NCBI GenBank assembly: GCA_043228905.1
Contig: JBHGNT010000001.1
Location: forward strand, 23,994,001 to 24,058,000
DNA from: Azolla caroliniana
Taxonomy: Eukaryota > Plantae > Polypodiophyta
Length of the DNA stretch: 64,000 nucleotides
Direction: 5' to 3'
Shown here: one piece after another, positions 12,368-25,743 of the stretch
Position numbering within the stretch: the first letter of the stretch is position 1
How the letters are laid out: each line of letters begins with the position of its first letter
Notes under the pieces: generated by a model
The model's input: only the letters and a program-made list of their open reading frames with translations
Databases searched by the model: none
Told to the model about the DNA's origin: nothing
Program-made: the position numbers and the translations under genes

Positions 12368-12462
12368 AATACATTCATACATACATTCATACATACATTC
12401 ATACATACATACATACATACTGATACATACATATACACACACGTGACACACACACACATACA

Positions 12463-12492
<30 letters not shown>
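12368..12492. repeat. (TACA)n/(CA)n microsatellite upstream of PFK
   Basis: Visible simple repeats; a (CT)n run also lies at about 12206-12240. Confidence 0.9.
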
Positions 12493-12493
<1 letters not shown>

Positions 12494-12928
12494 GTTACAT
12501 GTATGTATATCCTTGTTGTTACAAGGAACAAAAGGAAGAGACCATCATTTCTAGGGATGAAGCGCTCCCAACACACACACACTGAAGCTAGGATAAGACC
12601 TTTTGTCATGGGAACAAGTTCATCAAAACACGCAACCCTGTTCCCCGCCATTTCATGTTTCGCACCCAATGCAATGTAATGTGTCTTTTTGCTCGTGAGG
12701 AGGCGCCCGAAGGAATGCCCACCCTGAGACTGTGTACAACCACCACCCATCATCCCCAGTGTGCCATGTTGCCATGTAAGCTTGTATAATGATTTGAATG
12801 TTGACTACTACGTGTGCACATGTCCATGTATGTTACTGAAACCTAAGAGAATACCTAAAAAATCACTCAGGACAATTATGTGTCATTGAACCTTTTTTGG
12901 TTCGGCTACTATAGAGAGACCTTGACAT

Positions 12929-13140
12929 CATAATATGAACCATTTCGTACCATACGTGCATTCGCATTCAAGTATGTTTCAATCATTCGAGTATGATAAA
13001 CACCCTAGAAGTATGGTAAATATCACACTTTTGTATTTAAGGTGAAAAAGTGCGACGAAATGATTAAAAATATCAAAAAGAAAAACATAAGTGTGTTTTC
13101 ATAACATACACATTCGTTTGCAAACGTATGAAAACGAATG
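12929..13140. mobile_element. Truncated hAT-family MITE
   Basis: Starts CATAATATGAACC...GTACCATACGTGCATTCGC, homologous to 13853-14094 and to the ends of 27591-28658 and 53561-54663; second end and TSD not found. Confidence 0.7.
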
Positions 13141-13234
13141 TTTTTTTTTTTTACCATAAAACATATGCTCCATTGGTATTAATAAAAAGCCCGGAGGCAG
13201 TATACAAATAGTACATAATATTGTTTCATCTCCA

Positions 13235-13326
13235 CCAGTATATCTGAACTGATTCTAGCATTTGTAAAAACTGTTGGGAAAAAAAACAGCCATAAAACAC
13301 AGCATTGATTCCAGTGATCTGCTGCA
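13235..13326 (-). pseudogene. Single-exon fragment of a monosaccharide transporter (pGlcT-like)
   Basis: After a CAG acceptor: QQITGINAVFY, then a frameshift into FFPTVFTNARISSDIL. Resembles the QQxxGINAVxYxSSTVFxxAG signature of sugar porters. Confidence 0.65.
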
Positions 13327-13852
13327 GAAAACAAAATTTCGGGCTCTTAGAATAGAACTCCATAGAAAACTTATATTTCACATGATATTCCATGTCCTCC
13401 GTCTTTCCAATCGAATGTTTAAGTAGAAGAATGTGAATATTATGTTCTATGATTGATATCACAATAGGGTAGGATGTTGCATTGGTTAGGGAATGAATAG
13501 TTCTGGGTTTGGTGGGTCACACGCAAATGCAATATATTGGGATGATGTCATTTAAAGTTTTATGTGAGCCATTGAAAAAGTTATGTTTGGAAGCCTACCC
13601 CGAAAACATGACAAGTGTTAGGTGTTCCAACTATGTACAATGCTACTTTAGAAACTTTCGCATTTGTGAGTTCAAGAGGGAGATGCTTCCATCTTCTCTT
13701 GAGCTATTGTCAAAAGAAGGAGGTAAAAGGGATAGATATTATGTGAAGAAATGGCCTTTACTTAATCACGAGGAATATAAAGAATGAATGAATGATTTAT
13801 TTATGACCTTAGGGTCATATACACAAGAGTAAAGTAGTGATATAGTATGGAT

Positions 13853-14094
13853 CATAGTATGAACCATACGTACCATATGTGCATTTTTGCATTCGAGAAT
13901 GTTTCAATCATTCAAGTATGGTAAATATCATACTTTTTGTATTCATTATTTATTATAAGGTAATTTTTTTTTAAGGTGCGAAAGTTAAGGTAAAGTGTAA
14001 AAAAAACATAAGAATGTTTTGATAACATGCGCATTCGTTTGCATTCGTATGAAAAGAATGTTTGCCAATGCATTGGAGTATATTATGTACTATG
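13853..14094. mobile_element. Complete hAT-family MITE (242 bp)
   Basis: TIR CATAGTA/TACTATG; 8-bp TSD GTATGGAT at 13845-13852 and 14095-14102. Confidence 0.9.
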
Positions 14095-15767
14095 GTATGG
14101 ATGTTATTAAATATGGTCGAATTCCTATTTTCTGGTCCCATAAAAAAAAATATATGACACAACTCATTGAAATGTGAGTGACACTTACCATGTCACTTTA
14201 TCCTTTTGACAATCATGCAACAACTCTTCAAACTTGTGTAAATCATTTGACAAATTAAGACACTTTACTTACCTCTTCAATCAACTTTTCTATAACCATG
14301 AAAAGGATGGTACTATGTAAATCATATTTCTTGTAAAGCCCTAATCATCTATAATCTATACATTAGCGTAATATATATCTTCATGTGCATAGTTTCATAC
14401 ACATTTGAAATAAAAGGTATCAATTATTTTTTGTTTTTAAATAAGAAAACGTATGATCAGTCTCATTTAATAGGAAGATAGACCTGAAACATCCATTCAT
14501 CACACGCTTTAATATGTATGACAACATATCACATTCCATAAAATCAAAACGAATCATGATTGCTTAGCTTATTGCCCAAGATTTCACTTTAATGTAGCTT
14601 TTGTAACCTGAACATTTGCCTAAAATGTCGATCTACAAATAATAGAGCACCTCCATTAAATTGTTGAACTGTGCATGTGAAAACTACTCAATATCAATGT
14701 TGAAGACTGAAGTGATAGATTTCACTGTTATTCTTAGTCTATGCTTTAGAAGTGTGCAATCTTTGAACGTGTAACACTTGGTCTTTAGGCAATGTCTTCC
14801 ACAATCCAACCACCTAAAAGACAACTGAGCAAACAACATTGATTCCTACTACCATATATAGAAATTGCCTCGCATACACTATTGTTTCTACCTCCTGCCC
14901 TACACATGCTTGATATAAAAGTGTCAAGTCTCACTAACACAAACAAAGAAGGGCGGCCCAGAATCTGTATACCCTTGTCTTTGTATTTCTCAAATATCAC
15001 TTGTCGTTTTTTAACTCTCATAATACGGAAATGTAGTGTTTACCTTTGATCACCCTTGGTTTATTCATCTAGTAATTCCAACCAATGAAATATGCTCAAA
15101 TCTATCCATATGACATGTAAAGCTATCAGATCGGGGCATGCAAAGAAAATTAGTCTGAAGCCTAATGTATCTCACAATAATCTGACCTGACCTATGTGAC
15201 ACAGTGGGATACAAACGCCTGAATGTGGAAACCCCATAAATATGGATGATTGAGGAGAGCAATTCAGTATTTAGTCTACTCTAAATTATGGGCTATTTTA
15301 TTATGCAGATTTGCAATTTTGATGTTCGACTACATTAATGCTGACATTAGCTTACAAAATATAAGCTATATCTCAGAAGGACGGCCCTTCTCTGAGACCT
15401 TGGATGGCATGATAAGACATTGGAAAAAGCATTACACCACACGACACAAACAATCGTAATGGACTTCTATGTACAGTTAATATACAAGTGCACTGTGTTT
15501 TGCAAGAAGAAAAAATAAGAAGGTTATATAATACAGCTATACTATATTCATCCTTATCAAATCTCCCAACTGAATGGAAACATGTTTTGAAAATAGGCGT
15601 TTTGAGTTTGGCTGAAATTTCAAGAATTTAAAATGAAGAAATCCGCTAACCGAAAAAGAAAACATGTTTTGAACATAGGCTTTTTGAATTTGGCTGCATT
15701 TTCACGAATTAAAATGATGATAGCAACAAAAAATAACACAACACTTTCTACATATATTGGGCAAGAT

Positions 15768-17861
15768 TTAAGGTAACAAAGGTAATTCTGTAGGATCAAA
15801 CCGAAAGAAACTCACTCTACCACAATCTACAGTTGCAATCATCACTGGAATATCTCCATTTTGTGCCTTTAAAGTTTCTATATCAACAAGTCCAGGAGGA
15901 TTATCACTGCATGTAACAAAAACAAAAAATGAAAATCTATGTAAATTTAGATGCAAGAAAGAAAGAAAGAGAGCGGAATATACACATGATATAAATCTGG
16001 TTAATACAATATGGTGGTACACAAGATGATAATTTATAATATAATATGATAACCAACATACTAAATGAACACAATAGACCACGATAATGAACTGAATGTT
16101 ATGTATAAAGAGTTCCTATTAAGTGAAACAATATCTTATCTAATTCCCAAAATGTAACAATCAAATTGTGGGTTGACACAAACTTTCCTGCTTTTCATAC
16201 CTCTTCAATAAGTTATTTTTCATGTTATGGCCTATTTTATGTACTCAATCTATCATTTCTAGACTTAATAATACTTTATTTTAAGTGCATTCTTGTGATT
16301 ATAAACCTCTACATATATTGAGATTCATTAATTTAAGAAAAAAATCTTCGCTCACTTTCAAAAGCTGACTTAACATGAACAAAACAAAAACACAAGAAAC
16401 TCTACCTTGATATAAGCAAGCTGAAATCAGGTATACCAGGATCAGTCTTCTTGAATTTACTATTGGGAGCAAAGACATCAAATACTAAATCAAGATCTTG
16501 TCCTCTATCAGGATTCTCAAACGACCCACTGAGCGTTAGTGATTCAACACAAGTAGACAGTTCATCATTGGAGCAATTGAGGATGTTTTTATGTCCGATG
16601 GATGCATTCATCGATATTGACCACGGAACATTATGTCTTGATACTACATAACCCAGAGTTTTAAGTTCTAGATACACTTTGAAAGCATCCCATGCACATC
16701 CATATTCACTCTTCATCATAAATGAATACAATGTCATTATCGGCATTTCACAGTCTTGATGGTAGAGATTCAAAGCTTCTCGCTGCATCAGGTACCTGGG
16801 ATTATGACAAGGTTGAATTAATTCCATTAGAAGAGACATGCCAGGCATTAAATATTTCCAGAGATCATATCAAATGACTTTAACTTTCCTTTCTTGTATT
16901 TGATAAAATCTATGGCCAGTGTGGTAACTCAAACTTTTGGCAACCTTCTCTAAATCTAACAGATCAGGATGAAGTGCTGGCAGCCTAGCAATAGAATGTG
17001 CCAAGTTCACAAATCATCGGCTAGATTCCACACTGTTATGTTGGCACGAGACAGAGACTTTCCTTGCCATAAAATTTATATTGTCAGGTTTACTGGACAT
17101 TTTAGCGTTTTTCCCAATGCCACATTTGTATACTACCTGCGTACAAAAAACTAAGGTATTGAGAGTGATATTCATATAGTAGTTCAACTTTTGCATCTTT
17201 GTAGTGCAAACCTACATCACCATGCGAAAGTCATGTAGTATTTCACTAGTCTCCAATATCCATAAAAGGGTTTCATTTTCTTTTGTGTATCTCGAACTAA
17301 AAGATCTCAGCCATCTGATACATCTTGCCTTGATGTTTCTAGTTTCATGATTTCCATGGCTCTCTAGCAACTAACAGTCATCTGATACATATCGCATAGT
17401 CTTCCCACAAATTATCAATATAATTGATTGTATAGTTAAAGATACCTATTTGGTCCAACATAGCTGTAAATATGAATTGAGAGAGAAAATTACCCAATTT
17501 CCTCTATATGGAGAAAAACACGGCCTTCTCGAACGATTCCAGTGGTTTGTAAAAGCTTTCCCTTCACTTTGGTAACTTCGGCCATACCAGCAAATCCTCC
17601 CTCTGTGATCCACCGTGCTTCTGAAACATTTTTCTTCCTGTGAAGAGAGAGAACAAAGCAGTGAAGAAGAATATCCTTGGTCCTTCATCGTCGTCTTCAT
17701 CATTTCAAGGGATGAGCGTAACTAAAAGAAATTAAAAGGAGAGACCTTGTAGTAAGCTTAGGCACAAGATGTTTTGAGAGTAAGATTGTGGTGCATCCTT
17801 CGTCCTCTGTGCTTCCACTAGAAACACAATCAGAGCAGTAATCATCGTCTGTGTCCACCAT
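15768..17861 (-). CDS. SEN54: tRNA-splicing endonuclease subunit Sen54; exons about 17861-17746, 17637-17494, 16794-16406, 15907-15768
   Basis: Acidic N-terminus, SEARW..MAEV..KGK..TTG..LHIEE, WDAFKVYLELKTLGYVVSRH, FDVFAPNSKFKKTDPG.PDF, VDCGRVSFF.F..ELP.LP; GT-AG boundaries. Confidence 0.85.
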
Positions 17862-18479
17862 ATTCTCTGAATCAACCAAGTTGAGCGGAATGTCGATTAG
17901 GTCGTCGCAGATCAATACAGAGAGAGCATGCAATCTATTAGCATTTTGCTTACACCACTAAGAGCACACTCCAAGTTCTTACTACATATATGATATAGCC
18001 ATAGATAGGGTTGGTTGTCTCTACAAAAGGAGTTCAATTTTCTAAAAGGCTTCTTCAATATTATCTATCTATGTTATCTATTTCAGAGTGTATGTATGTA
18101 TACATATTTCCTAACCCCATATGTCCTGCTTATATAATATACATACATTATGGCATTTCGACAATGTCCACATTCTTTGGACACCCAACCCAGCACATGG
18201 CATGCATACCATGGGACAATAAAGTTGTAACGCGGTGGCCGCTAGGAGATTAGGCAAGAGGGGCGAGAGAGTTTTGTGATGGTGAGGATGAGCTCGTCAT
18301 TGTAGGACTAGTTGGAGGAGGAGGGTGCGGGTGTCAAGTAAGTCATTGGTTTGGGGCAGGGGAAGAGGTGTTTGTTCAAGCACTATTCGAGTGATTGGGC
18401 CTATAATCGCAATGACGATTGATGGTGGTTGATTGAGGCATTTTAGTGTCATTGTAGGCATTCATGGAGAAGGGCATTC

Positions 18480-18690
18480 TCTATATTCTAGAGCATGAAT
18501 TGTAATTTGTAGTCCCAATCTTTGTGATTCTCATTGATGATTTTCTCAACGAGAGTTTGAAGGGTGTTGTCAGTAGATTTCATACGGATAGTTTGAAGGG
18601 TGGTATCAGTAGATTTCATTAGGTTCTTGGCCTCTGAATAATACCTCATTATTTTCTTGTGGACCACTATGCATTGCAAGAAGATCATAT
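18480..18690 (-). mobile_element. Probable Ty3/gypsy integrase fragment
   Basis: TLVEKIINENHKDWDYKLQ resembles the end of an integrase core; internal tandem duplication of about 30 bp. Confidence 0.5.
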
Positions 18691-18699
18691 CATTGATGA

Positions 18700-20347
18700 T
18701 GTGGCTGTATTGGTTGGTTCGAAGCCGGAGTCAACGAACCATACGTCTTCCGAATTAGAGGCACTCATTGAAGTAGAGGCCGGCATGGAATTTTCTCTAT
18801 GTCTCATCACAAACATTCCACCATGGTCGTCATAGTCGGAGTTTGTGGCGTAATTGGTGAGTTGTCGGCTTGTGGAAGCCGACTCACGCTTCTTCTTTCG
18901 GCACTCTTCTTCGTGGTGGCCAATTTTACCACAATACCTGCATTTGATTGAGTTGTTTTGTCTGCTTGGACCGGCATGGAGGCTCCCCCTTCTTCCGAAT
19001 GTTCCTCGGTTGTTTCCGTTTTCTTGTCGAAATTGAGAGTTGTTTTCATAGGTTGGACCACGTCTGCCCCATCCTTGGCCGACTCGGCCTCTTCTTGCTC
19101 GACCGTGTCCTCTTCCTCCATCCAAGTGTGTGTAGAGCATGTGGCCTTTCGAGGCGTTGCTCCTTGTTCGAACATGGTTTTCTTCAACCAACAACATTGA
19201 TTGAAGATCAAAGAAAGAGGGAGGATTCTCCCTTGCTAGGACAACCGTTCTCATCGCGCAGAACCGTGGTGCGAGGCCACCTAGGCATATTTGCACCATC
19301 TCATCATCCTCCATGTTGACGCTTATTGAGCTGAGTGAGTCACAAAGCTCCTTGATCTTCAAGGTGTAGCTTGTGATGGACATATCCCATTGTTGGATGT
19401 TGTTCAACTCTTGGCGAAGTTGAAGCTTTCTTGTGGTTGCGTTGGCTGCGAAAATCTTCCTTAGATTCTCCCATGCTTCCTACGGCGTCTTGACTTCTCA
19501 AATATAGCCGAGCATGTGGTCATCGAAACATTTCGTCAAGCAACACATCACTCGGCTTGCCAAATTCTCCCATGTTGAGTAGTCGGTGTCCTTTGGGTCG
19601 GGTGTGTTTTCTTGTGCTCCTTGAATGTAGCTCCAATAGTCTTGTCCAACAAGGTATTGGTGCATTTGTTACTCCCAAAATGCAAAGTTATTTCAATCCA
19701 ACTTCTCGCAAGGGAGATAGCTACCCATTTGAGTATTCATGGTAGTCAATGTAAATTTCCTTCTTCTTTTTCTTCCTTAGACACGAACTATGTAGTGGCA
19801 CTACAATAGAGGATAGCCAGATTTATCGTTGATGTATCGAACCCACAATACATGCGGATGAGCTACATCAAGCTACCAAAGCACTTTGATACCATGTAAA
19901 GAATCAAATATGATTCTGTGCACCAGAAGAGATTAAAGATGTATCATTTGTGTGTTATATGTGTGTGTAAAAGAGAAGAGAGGAGAGACACAAGATAGAT
20001 AGAATACTCAAGATGTATATTAACAAGGAGAATAGCAAGTACAAAGATGTAGCATTACAAGGGAGAATAACCGACACTTTATAAAGTAGGAGGGGGATGC
20101 TTTATATAAGGTCACCCTCTCTCTTCATTAACTTACTAAAACACCCACTCTCTCTTTAGAGTTATAGAAGTTCATGGGTCATGGGGAATGTGGAAACTCA
20201 TTAGTTATGTATCATAGAATATGATTCTATGACACATAATTAATGTGTAGAAAGTAATGGTGACTTTTGACTTTTGACCTTTGAATGTTCATACATTCTC
20301 AAAAGGTGTGTTCATAGACTAGACTAGGTTGAGCTTGATTCTCGACA
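18700..20347 (-). mobile_element. Truncated copia: 5' LTR (20347-19895), PBS, gag and start of protease
   Basis: LTR starts TGTCGAGAATCAAGCTCAAC; PBS TGGTATCAAAG; gag with CRYCGKIGHHEEEC; sequence ends at WFVDSG. Confidence 0.9.
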
Positions 20348-21013
20348 CTGAGCATAAGAAGTACCATAAACAACAAAAACTTGATGACGATGAACTAGAT
20401 GTCTTGGAGTTCATGGAGGAGGAAGAGGAGCAACAACTTGAGGTTGTTCCTTCGGGAGAACAAATGCCGTGTCATTCCTAGTAATGGTGGACCCTGAACA
20501 ATGCCCCACAATTGCATACTATTATGAAACAAGCTCAACAAAAGCAATCTGATGCTTATTGGTAACTAAGATCTTCCGAAGTAGCTATTAGGAAATTAAC
20601 TACTGTTAGACATATAGGTAAAACAACTATTTAGCTAGTCACAATTATTTAGCTACTCACAGGTAATTAGTTGAATATGTAAGTCACAAATATACTTAGG
20701 TAAAAGTGAGAGTGAGTAGAGAAGTAAGTAAACAGACGAGAGAGGTTTTTCTATGTAATGAAACTGAAGGTTTTTGGGCTGCCACAGAGGTGAGTCTCCT
20801 TCCCCCCTTTCCTTCTCTCTTGAACCCTAGACGATCCTACACATCACGTGTCCGGTGTGTGCACTAAGAAGAGCCGTAGCACCTTCTTAACATGGTATTA
20901 GAGTGTAGTTGCTCGTAAAGAATAATAGTATAGATCTGAGAAAATTTCTCTGTTCGCTTACCCGAATCAGAGTTGCTTGTTGAGCTTAATCAGAACTAAA
21001 GCCAAAAATATAA

Positions 21014-24000
21014 TGTTGAGAGACAAGCTCAACATTTGTGCGTAATACGATGCGTAACCAATGCGTAGACTGGGTGCGTAAAATCGGTACGCATAACATG
21101 GTCGTAGCGGTGCGTAAACCGCGAGGCCGTTTGAAAGATATTCCTCATAAGGAATAGTTTTGGGAGTGAGTGTCGAGGCCCATTTATGAGCAGTAAAGTA
21201 CTATCAATACTTGTGTTAGCCCGATTGTCAGGGCTTGTATTAAAGGTGCTCACTAAGCACGATGTATGTACAGATTGAGTATTATTTTTTAATAAAGTTC
21301 TTGTGTTTACTCTCTATCTCTATCTCTCTCGTGCGTACTGTGCAAACCTAAGCTTTCCATTAAACCTACGTTTTCTGTTGTTCGGTTTCCTATATTTCCT
21401 ATCAGAGCACGAGGGTTGAGAACCTCTACAACCGACTTTGCTTGAAAGAAAAACCAACGAAGAAGAACAAGAAAACCGATGGACAGAGGAATGGCTAGCT
21501 CGCTTCCGACAGAGAAGCTCGACAAAACCAACTATGCATCTTGGTCCTACAAGATGCACCAATACCTGCTCGGACATGGTTATTGTAGCTATGTCGATGG
21601 AGCAAATGACACAACACCCGATTCGACACACAAAGACTTCCCGGTGTGGGAACAATCAGCGAGCAGAGTGTTGTACTGTTTTGCGTCTTGTGTGGGCGAG
21701 TAGCTATTAAGCTACGTTCGGGATGCAAAAACGTCGAAGGGTGCGTGGGAAAATCTGAAGAAGATCTTCGCCGCGAGCACCACAGCCAGGAAGCTTCAGC
21801 TTCGACAGGAGTTGAGAAACCTACGACAACGTGATTTGTCGGTGGCTGACTATACCTCGAAGATCAAGGACATATGCGACTCCTTAGCTTCCATCGATGT
21901 GAACATCGAGGAAAGCGAGATGGTCCAGGTCTGTCTCGGGGGTTTTGCGTCAAAGTTCGGAGCGTTCCGAACTGCTGTGTGTACACGGGAGAATACACCG
22001 TCGTTTTTTGACTTACAGTCGATGCTCCTTATAGAGGAGAACCACGCGGGTGCGTTGACAAGCACGCATGCCGACAACAAGATGATGTACACGGAGGGAG
22101 AGAGGCCCTGTGGTCGTGGCGGACGAGGCGAGTCAGTATGCAATGGAGGCGGCTGACGGGATCAAGGAAGAAGGCACCGAATTGATGTCGACTGCAATTC
22201 CGGACCCTCCGGAAACAGGGGGAGTCGAGGCGACGAGAACCGGCAAGGGAAATCTGTCGCGGAATGCTGGTATTGTGGCAAGAAAGGCCACAGGGAGAGC
22301 GAGTGCTGGAAAAAGCGCGCCGATTTGGAGAGAACCAGGTCCAGAACAGGTTCCGGATAGACTAACAAAGGAAATCGGCAACGATCGCACTATGCCAAAG
22401 GATCCGGAGAAGCCGGAAAAGGGTCAGTCTTCGTGACGAGACACGAAGCAAACTCAATAAAGTAGTCCGCCCCGAAATCGGACGAGGTGTGGTACGTTGA
22501 CTCCGGCGCGTCAAACCACATGACATGCCACAAGGAGTGGTTTTCATACCTTGAGAAACCGACGCAACCGGGAGTAGTCGCAACCGGAGACGACACTCCG
22601 CATTCGATCGGAAATGTCGGAGAAGTTCCCCTGAGCCACATCGAGGAGAACGGGAAACTTATGAACATGCTACACGTCTCGACAATCACGAAGAACTTGG
22701 TGTCGGTCGGACAGATCGTCGACCAAGGGATGCAGGTCCGGTTTACACACCTCGGGTGCTTCATTGAGGAAGAAGGCTGTGTTATTGTGCAAGGGCGCAG
22801 AGATAAGAGGATGTTCATCCTCGACTCTACTGACGGTGGCACCGCAATGTTCGCGAAGGGACAAAAAGTCGAGTCGGACATCGACTTATGGCACAAGCGG
22901 ATAGGCCACGTCAACTACCAGCGGCTTCAGGACCTGCAATCGAAACAGGTGGTGTTCGGATTGCCCAAATTTCGTGGCCGGAAGGCACAAATTTGTGAAG
23001 CCTGCCAGCTTGGGAAGCAACACCGACTTCCCTTCCCCAATGAGCATAACCGGAGCCGGAACAAGCTCGACGTGATACACTCCGATGTGTGGGGGCCAAC
23101 ATAAAACGTTAGTCTTGGCGGGAGCCGATATTTCGTCTCCTTCATCAACGACTACACGCGGCACACGTGGATCTACCTCATTGAGAGGAAGAGCGAAGTC
23201 TTTGACTGTTTCCAGGACCTCAAAGGGTTCATGGAAACGGAAACACGAAGGAAGATCAAGTGCCTGCGGTCGGATGGTGGAAAAGAATACTTTTCCGGTC
23301 AATTCAACGGTTATCTACAACAGATGGGAATTCGGCGCGAATTTAGTTGTAGATACACGTCGGAGCAAAATGGCGTGGCCGAGAGGAAAAATCGGTCGGT
23401 TGTGGAAGCGGCGCGGGCAATGTTGGAAGAAAAGAGCTTGCCCAAGTTCTACTGGGCCGAGGTGGGAATGACCGCGATATACATCCAGAATCGGATCGGA
23501 GAAAAAGTGTCGGCGCACAAGCTATATTTCGGAACGAAGCCGAATTTGCGACACTTACAAGTTTTCGGTAGCATTGCGTATGCGCATGTCCGGAAGGAGA
23601 AACGGAGGAAGCTCGACGCAAAGGCCGAGAAATGTATCTTGGTCAGTTACTCGGACGAGTAGAAGGGTTATAAGTATTATAACCTGCGCACGAAACAAGC
23701 GCGCGTGAGCCGCGACGTTGTGTTTGACAAATCCGCGTCCTGATACTTGCCTCCGACTCCGGACCTCACCTCCAATCCAAGTTTTGATGATGAGGTCAGC
23801 GAGGCCGAGATGCCTCCAGATGAGCCTGAAATTGGGACCCGCGAAGAGAATCCGATTTCGTTTCGGTTAAGCGGACCGAATGGACGACTGAGTCGGTTCG
23901 ACCAGTCCGATGAAGACCCGGTGAGTAGTGGAGACTCGGCCGTGCATTCCCCGCGCAGGAAGCCGAGGAGACGGCTTACGCACAAAGAGAAAGGGAAGAA

Positions 24001-25743
24001 GAAGGTGTCGGATTCCGGCACGGATAGGAACGAGTCAGACCGACGCGAGTCCGACTCCGAGGGAAGCGATGACGGGTCTTCAAGAGAGAAGTCTGTGTTG
24101 ACCGAGAAGACCTCGATCTCGGCCAATGACCGATTACGTCGATCTACCCACCAGAAGAACCCAGTTGTGCGGTTCGGATACAACGAGTACATGGCACACC
24201 ATTATGCGTAGATGACCCGTGTAGCGGAAGTGCGTGAGCCGGAGAGCTACGCGGAAGTGGCTAAGGACGCGAGTTGGCGCACCGCGATGGAGGAAGAGAT
24301 GCACGCATTGGCGGAAAACGAGACCTGGGACCTAGTTGACGCACCGAAGGGTGTGAAGCCGATCAGATGTAGGTGGGTGTACAAGGTCAAGTACAACACC
24401 GACGGCTCGGTCAACCGATACAAGGCCTGGTTAGTGGCAAAAGGCTACACGCAAAAACACAGCATCGACTATGATGAGACGTTTGCGCCGGTCGCGAAGA
24501 TGATGATCATCTGTGTTTTGCTCGCGGTAGCTGCGGCAAAGGGGTGGCACTTACATCAGATGGATGTAAAGAATGCGTTCTTGCAAGATGAGCTTGAGGA
24601 ACAGGTGTACATGGTACATACAACCCCCCGGATTTCACTTCGGAACGAACACTTTGGCGGAACGAACACTAAAGCATGCCCCGTGTGCTTGAAACGCGAA
24701 GATCACACAGCAATTGCGTCGGATGGGCTTTGCGACGTCGAAATCGGACTCCTCATTGTTCATCCGGAAAGGTCGACTCGGGCTGGTTAGTATTCTACTT
24801 TATGTTGATGACTTGGTCATCACCGGCGCCGACCTAAGTGAAATCAACTGCGTGAAGCTCCAGCTTGCGGAATCATTCGACATGAAGGATCTGGGAGACC
24901 TTCATTACTTCCTCGGGATCGAAATGATCCGCACCCCCGAAGGCATACTGATCAGCCAATGTCATTACGCGCTGAATATGCTCTTCAAATTCAGGATGGC
25001 CGACTGTAAGTCCGTCTCGACTCCTCTGGATAGAACCGTCAAGCTTCGCCCCAATTCCGGCAAGGTATGTGACCCGACAAGGTTTCGACAAATTGTCGGA
25101 AGCCTTATCTACTTGACAATCACCCGACCCGATCTCAGTTATCCGGTCGGGGTGATCAGTCAGTTCATGGCGCGACCTACCGAGGAGCACCTTTAGTGTG
25201 CGCAACAAGCCGACAGGAAAGGTCAAAGCACGCGGATTCAAACAGGTCGAGGAGCGCGAGCGAGGCGTGGAGCCAGGAGAAGCTGGAGCGTAGATCCAGC
25301 GGAGCAGGTAGAACCTCAAGTTGAGCTTGAGGGGGAGTGTTGAGAGATAAGCTCAACATTTATGCGTAATACGATGCGTAACCAATGCGTAGACTGGGTG
25401 CGTAAAATCGGTACGCATAACATGGTCGTAGCGGTGCGTAAACCGCGAGGCCGTTTGAAAGATATTCCTCATAAGGAATAGTTTTGGGAGTGAGTGTCGA
25501 GGCTCATTTATGAGCAGTAAAGTACTATCAGTACTTGTGTTAGCCCGATTGTCAAGGCTTGTATAAAAGGTGCTCACTAAGCACGATGTATGTACAGATT
25601 GAGTATTATTTTTGAATTAAGTTCTTGTGTTTACTCTCTCTCTCTGTCTCTCTCGTGCATACTGTGCAAACCTAAGCTTTCCATTAAACCTGCGTTTTCT
25701 GTTGTTCGGTTTCCTATATTGCTACCGCATGCCATTCTTCTCA
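21014..25743 (+). mobile_element. Nested GC-rich copia element (degenerate)
   Basis: LTRs 21014 to about 21397 and 25338-25743; TSD TATAA on both sides; PPT GAGGGGGAG; gag/PR/IN/RT with stops; RNase H deleted. Confidence 0.95.

Noticed and set aside
12253-12753. 166-aa ORF and similar short ORFs at 8117, 43236, 48332, 48968-49445 and 53514-53841
   Set aside because: These are translations of microsatellite or low-complexity DNA with no protein motif
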